Of a stretch of 64,000 nucleotides of DNA, positions 1 to 12,135 are shown one piece after another. A program made the translations under genes and the position numbers. The DNA is from Felis catus (lineage: Eukaryota): assembly GCF_018350175.1 (NCBI RefSeq), contig NC_058369.1:20772001-20836000 (forward strand). The letters run 5' to 3'. The notes under the pieces are model-generated. The model had not been told where the DNA came from. It made no database searches and saw nothing but the letters and a program-made list of their open reading frames with translations. Position 1 is the stretch's first letter, and every line of letters starts with the position of its first letter.

Positions 1-635
1 AACTGAGATGAAGAATGGCTTTGACAGGCTATTTATAGGCTCAGCTCAGCTGAGGAAAATAAATCAGTGTCCTTAAACATTGATCAATTCCTCAAACTGA
101 AAGATAATAGGGGTGAAAAAAACAGAACAGAGCATCCATAAACTGTGAGACAATATCAAATTGTCTAACCTGTACGAGTGGAATTCCAGAAGGAAAGGAG
201 AGAGAAAAGAGACATTCCTTATAGACCAAATTTGCTGGTAGTGAATTATTTCAGCTTTTGTCCGAAAAAAGTCTATTTCTCTTTCATTTTTAAGAGATAT
301 TTTTGCTAAGTACAGAATTCTGGGTTGACAGTTTTTTCTTTCAACGCTTTAAGATGTTACTTCAATGTCTTCTGGATTGTGTAGTTTCATATGAAAATTC
401 GTCTGTGATTCTTACCTTCGACCAGCTCTGTATATAACGTCTCCTTCCTGTCGACTTTCAAGATTTTCTCTTAATGTTTGATTTTCAAAAACTTCAATAT
501 AATTTGTGCAGGGTTTTAGTTTTGTTTTTTATTCAGCTTGCTTGTCCTTTCTCTGAGGTTTTTGGATCTATGGTTTGACACCTTTCATTAATTTTCAAAA
601 ATCCTTGGTCATTATCTTTTTAATAGCACAAAAAT
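1..635. mobile_element. Old L1 fragments (1-~210 plus, ~215-635 minus)
   Basis: A-rich ORF1-like sequence followed by T-rich antisense L1-like sequence. Confidence 0.6.
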
Positions 636-642
636 CATGAAT

Positions 643-851
643 TTTTTAAAAAGTTTATTTATTTTGAGAGAGAGTGTGCATAAGCATGAGTGGGGGAAGG
701 GCAGAGAGAGAAGGAGAGAGAGAATCCCAAGTAGGCTCCATGCTGTCAGCATGGAGCCTAACTCGGGGCTTGATCTCACAGACTGTGAAATCATGACCTG
801 AGCTGAAACCAAGAGTCAGATGCTTAACCGATTGAGCCACCCAGGCACCCC
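643..851 (-). mobile_element. CAN-SINE
   Basis: Reverse complement of the GGGGTGCCTGGGTGGCTCA head; TSD TCATGAATTT. Confidence 0.9.
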
Positions 852-867
852 TCATGAATTTTATTAT

Positions 868-1263
868 TAATTTCTTATGGTTGTTCTAACAAACTGTCAC
901 ACTTGATGGCTTAAAACAAGAGAAATTTATTCTCAGAGTTCTAGAGATCAGAAATCCAAAATTAAGGTATCAACAAGAGCCCTTCCCTCTGGAGGCACTA
1001 AGGGAGAATCTGTTCTTGCCTCTTCCAGTTTCTGGTGGCTCCAGGATTCCCTAGTTTATGCATAACTCCAGTCCCTACCTCCATCTCCACATGGCCTTAT
1101 CTTCTTCTCTCTGTGTATCTCTTATAAGGACACTTGTCATTGGATTTAGGGCCAATTAACTCCATCGTCAAAGATCCTTTTCCCAAATAAAATCACAATT
1201 GCAGGTTCTGGGGGTCAGGACACAGACATATCTTTTGGGGGGGGCCACCATTCAACCCACAAC
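868..1263. mobile_element. MaLR LTR (MLT1-like)
   Basis: GGCTTAAAACAA..AAATTTATTCTCA..GTTCT and CCATTCAACCCACAACA termini typical of MLT1. Confidence 0.75.
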
Positions 1264-1977
1264 AAAATGCTTAGATATAAGTCTAATAACATATATGCAA
1301 AAAAACTACCATACGTTGATGAGTAAAATCAAAGAAGACCAATATCAATGAAGTACCATGTTTATATACTGAAGGCTCAATGTTATTAAGATCTCAATTC
1401 TCCCTGAAATCAACTACAGAAATCAAGAAGCTGATTCTGAAATCTGTATGAAAAGGCAGAGCAACTAGAGAAGCCAAAACAATTTTGAACAGAAGAAGAA
1501 AATGAGAAAATTCACATTACCTGATTTCAAGACTTAGTCTAAAGCTACAGCAACCAAGACAAGTGTGGTACTGGTGAAAAGACAGACAAATAGAACAATG
1601 GAACAAACAGTGTCCAGAAATACACCCACAGATATCTGGTCAATTAATTTTTAACACAGTTACACAAACAACTTAGTAAAGACAGTTGCAGGAACTGGCT
1701 ATCCATATGTAAAACAATGAACTCTGTTACATACTTTACACCACATACAAAAAGTAACTCAAAATGGATCACAGACCTACATGTAAAACCTAAAACTATA
1801 ATATTTGTATAATTTTCTTTTCTAAAACATAGGAGAAGATCTTTGTAACTTTGGATTAGGCAAAGATTTCTTAGATATGACACTGAAAGAATGGCCCATA
1901 AAAGAAAGCACTGATAAAATGAACTTCATTAACATTTAAAACTACTATTTGAAAGACAGTTAAGAAAATGAAAACTC

Positions 1978-2408
1978 AGGACGCCTGGGTGGCTCAGTCA
2001 GTTAAGTGTCCGACTTCAGCTCAGGTCATGATCTCATTGTTCATAAGTTTGAGCCCCCATCAGGCTCTGCGCTGCCTGCACGGAGCCTGCTTGGGATTCT
2101 GTCTCCCTCTCTCTGCCCCTTCCCCATTCTCTCTCTCTCTCTCTCTCTCTCAAAATAAATAAACTTAAAAAAAAAAAAAAGAGGGGTGCCTGGGTGGCTC
2201 AGTAGGTTGGGCGTCTGACTTCGGCTCAGGTCACGATCTCACGGTTCCTGAGTTCGAGTCTGGCATCAGGCTCTGTGCTGACAGCTCAGAGCCTGGAACC
2301 TGCTTCAGATTCTATGTCTCCCTCTCTCTCTGCCCCTCCCCCGCTCACACTCTGTGTGTCTCTTTGTCTCTCAAAAAATAAACATTAAAAAAAAATTAAA
2401 AAATAAAG
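1978..2408 (+). mobile_element. Two tandem CAN-SINEs
   Basis: Two tRNA-derived heads, (CT)n and A tails; outer TSD AAGAAAATGAAAAC. Confidence 0.9.
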
Positions 2409-3011
2409 AAAATGAAAACGCAAACTACAAATTGGGAGAAAATATTTATAAGTCACATATCAAGAATATTTTAGAACTGTCAAAACCAATGAGAAAAAAA
2501 CCTAATATTCAAAAAACAAATAAGCAAAGATGTGAACAGATACTTCATCAAAGAACATATAAAAATGGCAATGATACATAAAAAGATGCTCTGCATCATT
2601 AGTCGTTAGCAAAATGCAAATTAAAATCACAGTAAGATACCAGTATACACCTATTAGAACAGTCTAAAGTTAAAAAGACTGACCATACCAAGTGCTGACA
2701 AGGAGGTTAGAGAAATTCAAACTCAGACACTGCTGGGGAGAATGTAAGATGGTACAACCACTTTAGAAAACAGTCTGATAATTACTTGACAGGCTAAACA
2801 TATACCTATATGTCCCAGCCATTCCACAGCTAGGTGTGTACCCAAGAAAAAGGGAAATTATGTCCATAGAAATATAAGTACATAAAAGTTAACAGCAACT
2901 TTATTTGTAATAGCCCAAAATTGGGAATAACCCAAGTGTTCAACAACAGCAGACAAATGTGCTATAATCCATTCAATGGAGTACTCCTCAGCATTAAAAA
3001 CAAATGAACTA

Positions 3012-3240
3012 GGGGCGCCTGGGTGGCGCAGTCGGTTAAGCGTCCGACTTCAGCCAGGTCACGATCTCGCGGTCCGTGAGTTCGAGCCCCGCGTCGGGCT
3101 CTGGGCTGACAGCTCGGAGCCTGGAGCCTGCTTCTGATTCTGTGTCCCCCTCTCTCTCTGCCCCTCCCATTCATGCTCTGTCTCTCTCTGTCCCAAAAAT
3201 AAATAAAAAACGTTGAAAAAAAAAAAAATTTAAAAAAAAA
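3012..3240 (+). mobile_element. Young SINEC_Fc
   Basis: Near-consensus, CpG-intact body; TSD AAACAAATGAACTA. Confidence 0.92.
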
Positions 3241-3585
3241 AACAAATGAACTACTGATACATGTTAACAACAAGGGTGAATCTCTAAATAATTAGGCTGA
3301 GTGGGGTGCGGTGGGGGGGGGGGGGACAGACCAGAAAGAATATATAACTACATGATTCCATTTATATCAAATTCAGAAAAACACAAACCAATCTGTAGTG
3401 ACAGAAAGCAGATTAGTGGTTGCCAGGGGCTGGAGGTGGAAGGAGTGGATTGATATAAAGTGGCAAAAAGGAACTTTTGGGATGATGGAAATATTCTGCA
3501 CCTTGAATGTGGTGGTGATTATATAACTGTATATGTTTGTCCAAACTCCTAGAGCAGTTTTCTTTTTTTTTTAATGGTGAATGCT

Positions 3586-3712
3586 GGAGCTCATGGCTGG
3601 CTCAGTCAGTAGAGCATGAAATGCATGATTTTGGCTCAGGTCACAATCTCACAGTTTGTGGGATCAAGCCCTGCATTGGGGTCCATGCTGCCAGCGCAGA
3701 GCCTGCTTGGGA

Positions 3713-3772
<60 letters not shown>

Positions 3773-4037
3773 ATAAATAAGCTTTAAAATAAGTAAATAA
3801 GCAAGCCTGACTTTATTTATTTTTTTTAATGTTTATTTATTTTTGAGAGAAAGAGAGAGAAACAGAGTGTGAGCTGGGGAGGGGCAGAGAGAGAGGGAAG
3901 ACACAGAATCCGAAGCAGGCTCCAGGCTCTGGAAGCTGTCAGCACAGAGCCTGACGCAGGCCTCGAACCCACGAACCGCGAGATCATGACCTGAGCCGAA
4001 GTTGGACGCCCAACCGACTGAGCCACCCAGGCACCCC
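3586..4037. mobile_element. Tail-to-tail inverted CAN-SINE pair (3586-~3800 plus with long (CT)n; ~3814-4037 minus)
   Basis: SINE bodies in opposite orientation; TSD GCAAGCCTGACTT around the second. Confidence 0.88.
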
Positions 4038-4071
4038 ATGCAAGCCTGACTTAAAAAAAAAAAAAAAAAAG

Positions 4072-4790
4072 ATGCAGTTACAACTGAAATGCCCCTGAAG
4101 CCCGACCTGCCCATCATGACACTGCATACCCATCACAGTCACTCTGTACTCAAGGTGAAAATCACTACGTCTCCATTGGACATCACCAGGGGGCAAAACC
4201 CACGGCTGAAGGCTCCAGGTGAGGTCCATGAGGTCCACCATTGGTATGGTGATTATAGTTCCAAACCAGACTCACATTTCAGTACAGTTTAATTCCCAAA
4301 GCCTCAATCTCCCTGGTCATCAGTGGAGGTGCCCAGGCAGCATTTCCCAAGCAGCGGCTGCCAGGTGTATGGAATGTTAGGCCCCAGCCACTTAGGGGTC
4401 CCTATGCAGCTTGACAGTCATGAACATGCAAGGTCTGCAAACACCTGGCCGGCAGCCAGTAGTGGCTGGAGATTTACCACAAAGATGCTGTGAGTCGACG
4501 TGACAGAACTCCCCACTATGGTAAGTGGGGTGGTCAATTATTAACACCTGTTCAAGATGGAAATTTCTCCTCTTCTCTCAATCTCTAACACTGGACCTTG
4601 CCCCCTGCTCAGCCTATTCTGGAAACTGAAACTGTAATAGACAAAAGTATCCAGGAACTGGTCCACGGCTTGACTCTGGACCACAAAAGGGAGAGGAAGG
4701 TGACCTGGGCCCAAGATCTAGGCTGCCTCATTGGTACCCAACTCATACAGACCCAGGAAGCAGCCCGACTGGCCACCGCCCACTAAAAAC
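4072..4790 (+). mobile_element. Decayed ERVL-like pol fragment (connection / RNase H / integrase N-terminus)
   Basis: Peptides LKPDLPIM, WYGDYSSK, SANTW..GWRFTTKML and VTWAQDLG resemble ERV-L pol motifs MRPELPIM, WFTDGSA, WSGTW..DWKI and YAWAQQHG, in the right order. Confidence 0.55.
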
Positions 4791-6894
4791 ACTGAAGTGT
4801 GTCACTGTGTTTCCAAAACAGGGCTGAGCACAAAACTGAAAGAAATGGACAGACACACGCACCATGATTAAATCTTTTCAACTTAATCTTTCATTCAACT
4901 GCTCATTGCATAGTCTGCTAAGTGAAGGTACAGAGATTCACGGACACGTTTCTTACAGTCTTTGCCTCAGGCCTTTGGCTTCGACAATTTGCCCTCATGA
5001 AAAGTTAATAGGTGTCTATGTCTGCCTGCCTCTGTTTGCTAAACCTGATGCTGGCAAGGAGAGCAGAAAATAGGACGGAGCTCACTTGAGCTCACCCTCC
5101 TCTCCAGCTCTTCAAATGGAAGAAGTCGTGGCCATTTTCTCAAATCAGAGCTCAAAAGAAACCTGGTACTGAATCCACCACACATATTTGTGGACTAGAT
5201 ATACAACAGTCTTGTCTGCCCTATAATTTAGAGTTCCGGCCTGGAGTCCAACAAGAGAGAAAACTTCTGGTTCTAAACATAGCCCTGAACCCAGGAGGAA
5301 TTCTGGTGTCTTAAAATCATCTAATTGTTCGGCAATCCTGCCAATGTTCTTCCAAGCCAGCCTAAATATCAGTATGGAATTTGGTTACTGTGTTGGCTTT
5401 CATCTAGAGTATGAATGTGCAGCGTGCCTTCGTGTGTTCCCCACAGTAGGCTCCCAAGGAAGGCGGGGTGCCGGGTCATCTGTGTGCACAGAGGGAGCCA
5501 ACAGGCTCAGGGGCACAGGGGCCTGGGGCCAACAGGGCAGCCTCAGAATGGAATCAAACGCTCCATAACGACGGATCACATTTGGGTCTAAAAGCCACCC
5601 TTTGATTCCAGGCCCCCACTGATGGGAAGGGGAAAGAGTATTCTTTGAAGTGAGAATTGTGAAGGGGTCAAAGGATGGGTCTAAAATGGATGAGGGATCC
5701 ATGTGCCCGACCCACCCTAGAACTGCAGATAGCTCAGGGCGCACTTTCTCACCTCACAGTCCTCTCCTCAGGGGGTGGTCCCTTTGAGGCAGGTGGCATC
5801 CTATCACACCTGTGTCACTCACAGACGCGCCTGGCACATGGGAGATGCTAACTGCACAAACCAAGGTGCCCCACCTCCTCCCCCAGGCCCAAATCAAGAC
5901 TGAGGCCCCCACACCCAGGGTCTAACAGCCACTCCCAGGCTCTAGCCCCCGCAACCTCCGGCTATCCCCCAGCCACACTCTCTGGGAGTTTCCAAGTACT
6001 GCCCCACATACAAGAGGGCTGATGTATAAAAGCCAAAGTTTTCAAAGGAGTGAAAGCATTGCCTTGATAAGCAGGACCTGGGAAGTCATTCCGACATCCA
6101 AATATGCCCCTAAGAGAAAGCAGTGGAGCTGGAAAGGTCTGTCTCACTGCAGGGACACAGCCAGGTGAGGGAAACTCTGGGGAGAAAGGAGCAAGGATGA
6201 GCCAGGAGAGGAAGGCTAAGCAACTACAAATGGGTGGAGGCCATGAGAAAGCAAGCAGGCTATCACGCAGCAAGAACTTCCCTTGGCACAGAGGGGGTCC
6301 CTGGCCCTCCTCTCTGGAAGGGCTCTGAGGGAACAGGGAAACATCCCAGGCCTTTAGGCACTGAAGCCCTCCAGGCCATCATACCCAGTATAGCCAGAAA
6401 CACACGCAAGTGGGCCGCAAGGCAGAGCTGGGGGCCAGGGCCAGAGCCAAGGAGGAACCGGGCAGCGGTGGGGGTAGAGTCTTCCACACAACCCCAAGAG
6501 GCCTCGGGAGAAGGCAGGCCGGTCACGGGCCTGTGCTCATGCTAGAGGACATCTGCTGAGTCTGCCCCGGGGTTCCTGGAGCCAATGCACCTCTGAAGCA
6601 TTCGCACAAGTGACAACACAGACAACCAGATGAAGCCACTGCACAGTCTCCATGCCAGTGACCAATACCTCGGCCAGCTCATTCTCTCTGAACATGACCT
6701 GCTTCTCTTGGGGCCAGCTCTTGCTCAATTCCGTTCCACAAATGTTACTGAGGGCCCACTCCAGGCTGCGCACTGAGCACCTCAGGGTTACCTACCCCCT
6801 CCCTTGAGCCAGAACCACCTACCCTTCCATAGCAAACACCTGGGCCGAGGCACTCTGGGAGAGAGCTAAAGCCCAGTGTTGACTGGAGACTTTC

Positions 6895-7690
6895 TTTTAA
6901 AAAAATTAAACTGCTTTGAACTAATTTTAGACTTAGAAAAAAGTTGTAAAAAATAGTACAGAGAATTTCCATATATCCCTCCCCCAGGCTTCCCCAGTGC
7001 TAACGTCTTACATAACCATTAGTACAATGATCAGACCAGGAAATTAATCTTGGGACAATACCATTAACCAAACTAAGGACCCCACTTGAGCTCCACCAGT
7101 TTTCCTACTAATGTCCTTGGATCCTGCTGTTCCAGAATCCCATCTGGGACCGCATGCTGCATTTAGTTATTTCTCCTTGGTCTTTTGCAACCTAGGTCAG
7201 CTCCTCAGTTTTCTCTTGTCTTTCATGACCTTGACACTTTCATTTTTTTTTTAATTTTAATTTTTTACATTTATTTATTTTTGAGAGACAGAGCGTGAGC
7301 AGGGGAGGGGCAGAGAGGGAGACACAGAATCTGAAGCAGCCTCCAGGCTCTGAGCGGTCAGCACGGAGACACGGCTCTGACCTGAACTGAAGTCGGACAC
7401 TTAACTGACTGAGCCACCCAGGTGCCCCGACCTTGACACTTTCAAAGAGTACTGATCAGTTATGTTGTCAAATGTCCCTCAATTAGGGTCTGTCCGAAGT
7501 TTTCTCAGGATTGAATCGAGGTTAGCATTTTTGACAAGAACACCACAAAAGCCAAACACCTGACATCACAGAACTCATGCGAACAGGACATATTATTAGT
7601 GGTGCTGACCTTGATCAATGGTGATGGTGACCTCTCTGCCAGGTTTCTCCTATGCGAAAATACATCTTTCCCTGTGTAGTTAATCTTGGC
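6895..7690 (-). mobile_element. Old L1 (L1MC/ME-like) 3' end with an inserted CAN-SINE (7243-7428, minus)
   Basis: TAATTTTAGACTTAGAAAAAAGTTG..AATAGTACAGAGAATTTCC motif; SINE TSD GACCTTGACACTTTCA. Confidence 0.75.
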
Positions 7691-8559
7691 TTTTAAAATG
7701 TGGCTTTTTAAGAGGGAACGTGTTGCTGTCATTACAACTACACGCTGTCAGCCCAGCCTGCTGCTGGCTGCAGCTGCCCCACAGATGAGAGGCAGCTAAT
7801 GAAGATGAGCGGCAGAGCCGACGTCTCTGGAAGACGCCGAAGCTCTCGGTGACAAAGAGGAACAGTAGCAGTTTATTTATAGATCCACTTGAAGACAGCT
7901 CATTGTAACTACTGGGGTTGAATTTTTAAAACCTCGGGAACAAAGGCTGGCTATTTTAAACTCTCCTTGCACTTAGTTCAATGGAGAGTGTTAGAGGCAA
8001 CGACCACACCCAGGCATCACTTCCAAGCTTGGCAATTCATATTTTGTGTAGCATCTCAGGACACAAGCAAAGCCTGCCAGGACAGATAACCATGACTGGC
8101 TCTGCCTACCCTGCAGAGGCGGCGGGACTCTTCTGGGCCAAAGCGCTCACCCCCAGGGAGGAGTCTAGGGAGGCTGCATCCCGTGGGGTCTCCCAGCCTC
8201 CCCTTCCTGGAAAATTAACTTGCATACAGCTGTTGTGAACCAAGGTTACATCACCTCTCTCCCTGCCTCCCCCACAGGCTGCAAAGAGGGACAGCGCCCC
8301 CCAGCGGATGCCCGCCCCAGGACAGCTGGCAGCAGCTGATCCATCTCCAGGCTGGAGCAAGGGGTTCCTGGAGCTCACAGTACACAAATATCCCTAAGGA
8401 TGGTGGGAGAGAGGCATCCCAGAGCTCCTCCTGCCCCCAACCTACCTGTACCTCTGGGCCAAGACTGCTCAATCTTTCCATGCACCAGAACCACGGTGGG
8501 GAGCAGAGATTGGACTTTCTCAAAGCCTCCCAAATCTATATTTGAACAAGAAGCACAAA

Positions 8560-8890
8560 GCCATATTCTTGACACATATGAAAAAATGTGAATATGGACT
8601 AGACAGATGATAGTAAGGAATTATTAATTTTGTTGGGTGTGAAAAGAGCACTACAGTTATACAACGAAGAGAAGTCTTTATTTAGGGTAAAATAATGTAT
8701 CTGGGATTAAACAAAAATACTCCGACTCCACTAAAAAAAACCAAAACAAAACGTGTGTGGGGTGGGGGTGGGGGAGATGAACAAAACAGATTGGCAAAAT
8801 GCTGAAGCTAGATGAAAGGTACATGGGGGTCTGTTATACTAGTCTCTCTACCTTTTGTGTGAGCTTGAAATTTTCCACAATTCAAAGGTT
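8560..8890 (+). mobile_element. Old L1ME-like 3' end
   Basis: GATGA..GGTACATGGGGG..TGTTATACTA.TCTCTCTAC.TTTTGTGT...TTGAAATTTTCCA terminus. Confidence 0.7.
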
Positions 8891-11422
8891 TTTTGTTTTG
8901 TTTCATTTAATAAAAAAGAAAAAGTTCCCAGGTGACTGGAATGAGCGGTGGCCAGGCAAGTGGGACCCTAGGAAGAAGTTGACGAGGGTCCCCAGCCGGG
9001 TGTCCTGGCACTTTCAAGTCCAGGAGGTAGATCTGTCTCAATCCATGAATGTTCAGACCAGCCTTTGGCATTGCCGCAGAGAAAGCCCCCAATGTCACCA
9101 CAAGCATTCTGTGAACCCTGCAGCAATGTCCAGACCTTCAAAGAAACTAATTTTAAGATAATCTCCATGGAAACCATCTATTCTGATTTTTTCCATGGTA
9201 ACCAATGAGAACATAAACACAAGCACTATCTAACACCCTTACAACACATGGGCCAACGCTGCCATCCAATCTGGAAAATATAAACTGCAAAGGGCTTTTT
9301 TCCATTGAAAATGAGAAGTACTGAAACTTCTAGTCCAGATATGCAGATTCTACCATGCTCCACTGCCCAGTCACTGCCCATACCACCCCATGCACCTGCC
9401 CCCAAAGTGGCAAACCAGGCCAGAAAGCGATTTCCTTCATTTAGCCTGGGACCATCAAAAATGCCAAAAGCAACAGCCAGGGCCTGCCTCTTGCCTCACA
9501 GGTTCAACCCATGCTGCCCACAGACTGCAGGCACGTGTCCACTGAGCTCTGATTTCCAGAGCATTCTGGGTTCCAGCTACATGCTGGGCACCACAAGAAG
9601 ACCAAGGCCCCAGCCCTCTGGGGAGACCAGACAGACCAGTGAATAACTGACTACAGGAAAGAGGGGTTGCTCCAGCAAGCAGAGCGAGTGCTCCAGTAGG
9701 TGGGGCGGGAAGAATTCGCAACCCGAGGGCCTCCCAGGGAAGGCCGCATGGAGGAAATGTCATCTGGAAAGAAGCTGAAAGGCTGAGTATAGTTCTGCTG
9801 GAGAACAGAGGGCGGGTGGTGGGGGGTGGGGGGTGGGTGAAGGCAGCCCAAAGTCTTAGTCAGACTTAAGCAACTGGGTCTATTTCCACTTGTGGCTCAT
9901 TTCCTCCATTTTTAGGTTTCTGGGTTTGAAAAAAATAGCATGGAACTGAAGAAGACTCTCAAATCCCAACAGTCTCAGTTCTTGCCCATCTTCTCTGTTT
10001 TATAACCACACATGGCCTCTGTTGGCTCTTCCGTGAAGGAGACTTATCAGCATGGCCTGACAGGGTTGTAGACGCTTGTTACCACTGTCAGCAAAATGGC
10101 AGCATCACAGCAGTGGCCCTGGGTCATGCATGCTTTGTAGCAAAGCATCATGGTCTCAGGATCCCACTGCACACTGTCCCATGATTTAGGCTCATTTCCC
10201 CACATGCAACGTGGAATCTCCACTGACCCTGAACCCACACTATGGCTGCCAGAGCGAAAGGAAAGCAGATAGTTCTGAGAGCCTTGAATGAGATAACAGA
10301 GCTCTCAAAGGTATGTGTGAGCGCCCAGGTTTATGCTCCCAATGTATCCTGACACACGCAGAACTAGACGCAAGGGTCCCCGGGCCTTGTGAGGATTCCA
10401 GAGGCAGGTTCTTTCATCTTCATGACACTGTGAGTATCTCACCATGCCTTGCCCAGGATTTCTGAAACCATGCCTCCTGTTGGTTTAAGTCATTAAATAG
10501 GGCTTTTTTCCTTCCTGGATAGGCCTTCCTGCCACTCTTCTCTGGATAGGGAGCTACCTGTTTGTGGAATGGATGAGAATTTTCCAGTGGCAGGAAACTA
10601 CAACTCAAAGGGGCCGCTCAGAGAAGGGGACGCAGCCTCTGTCTCATCCCACAACCCCATCCTCTTGCCACCACTACTGTTGCTGCTGTTTTGGGACTTG
10701 GTCCTACTCTTGTTGCCTGGGGGCACTTCCCCAAAAGGCTCCACAAAGAAGACCTTCACCTGGGGGCTTAGATGTTGAGCCATGAGCACCCAGGCCATCT
10801 CAAGCTCGGGTGCCAGAGACTCTTACCTGTCAGCTTCCCTAAAGGCTCCTCAGGCTCTGGAGGATGGGAGCTGATATAGGCATCGCTGTCTAGAGGGCAA
10901 GAGGCAGGAGTCAGGGATACTGAGGACAACGCAGGAGGCAGGTGAGCCACAGGACGTGGATTCAGGAGCAGGTGACTGGACTGGTGCAGCAGCACTGACG
11001 GGCAGAAAAGGAGCCAAGACAGCAAGACAGGTGGCAGAGGCCCATAGAGGGCTGCCCTGGGTACCATCCTCCCTCCTAGTGCATCCTGGCTGCTAAAAAA
11101 AACACACATCTGCCTGCCCAACTGTAAGCGGGGCCTACTGGGTGCCTCTGGGTTTAAAGAGCCCACAGGGAAGTGATGGAATTTAACGCTAGACTGAGAT
11201 TAGAGCCAATGCAATACCACTTTTCCTCTTTTGGAAAGAAGTGGACCACAATTCTCCAAATTGGGCTGAAAGGGACCCAATCCCCCAACTGCTTTTCCCA
11301 AACTATAGTTAGTCCCCACGAGCCATGTAAACTCCCCAAGATGGACAGAGGCTCTCTTCTTCCCCCTACGTCCCTGCCCAGGATGCCATGGTCACAATTG
11401 GCTAGACTGTTTTCCAGTAGAC

Positions 11423-11571
11423 CAGTGACTCTTCAAAGTGGGTCCTTGGACCATCAACATCACCTAGAAACTTCAAATTCCTTACCAAATCAGATGCTCT
11501 GGGAATGGGGCAGGCTGTGTTTAACAAGGCCTCAGGGTGATTCTGAAGCACATTAAGGTTTGAGAACCATT
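11423..11571. mobile_element. MER5A-like hAT-Charlie MITE
   Basis: CAGTG..TCAAAGTG..GGTGATTCTGAAGCACA.TAAGGTTTGAGAACCA.TG termini. Confidence 0.75.
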
Positions 11572-11952
11572 GCAAGAGGCTTACTGCAATCTATGTCAAA
11601 TGTTAAAGGGCCTGTCTCCTCACTGCACTGCCAAAGGCAACTTCTCCCTTCTGGTAAACATGGTAATTATTTAACATGTGCTGGGATAGCCCTGACCCAC
11701 CTCCCAATAAAGTCAGTTTTAGCCTCTGGAAGGAAAAGGAGAGGAGATCTTGCCTGCTTCCCGGTAACAGACACAAGTCGGACCCTGAGGGAAGGAGCCC
11801 AGCTCCCCACACTGATCCCGGGCCCAAAGAGCCCCTCCGTGGGAAGCATCAGAATCTTTGGTGCTTCTAGACTTCACACAGCCACGTTACTCCCGGCCAC
11901 TGTACAAGGATGCTCTGATTCAAGCAGGAACTTCCTTTAAATAGTAGCTCAC

Positions 11953-12135
11953 AGGACGCCTGGGCGGCTCAGTCGGTTAAGCGTCTGACTCTTGGTTTCG
12001 GCTCAGGTCATGATCTCATGGTGTGTGAGGTTGAGGCCTGCATCAGGCTCTGCACTGACAGTGAGGAGTCTGCTTGGGATTCTCTCTCTCCCTCTCTCTC
12101 TCTGCCCCTCTCCCAATCACACAACAAATAAATTA
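11953..12135 (+). mobile_element. CAN-SINE
   Basis: tRNA-derived head and (CT)n. Confidence 0.88.

Larger units (their letters stand above)
1265..3545 (+). mobile_element. Old L1M ORF2/3' fragment interrupted by SINEs
   Basis: Degenerate L1 ORF2 3' motifs (GTGTGGTACTGG, CTCAAAATGGATCACAGACCTA, AAAATGCAAATTAAAA). Confidence 0.8.

Noticed and set aside
3012..3100. tRNA-like A/B-box sequence, repeated many times in the window
   Set aside because: These are tRNA-derived SINE heads, not tRNA genes.
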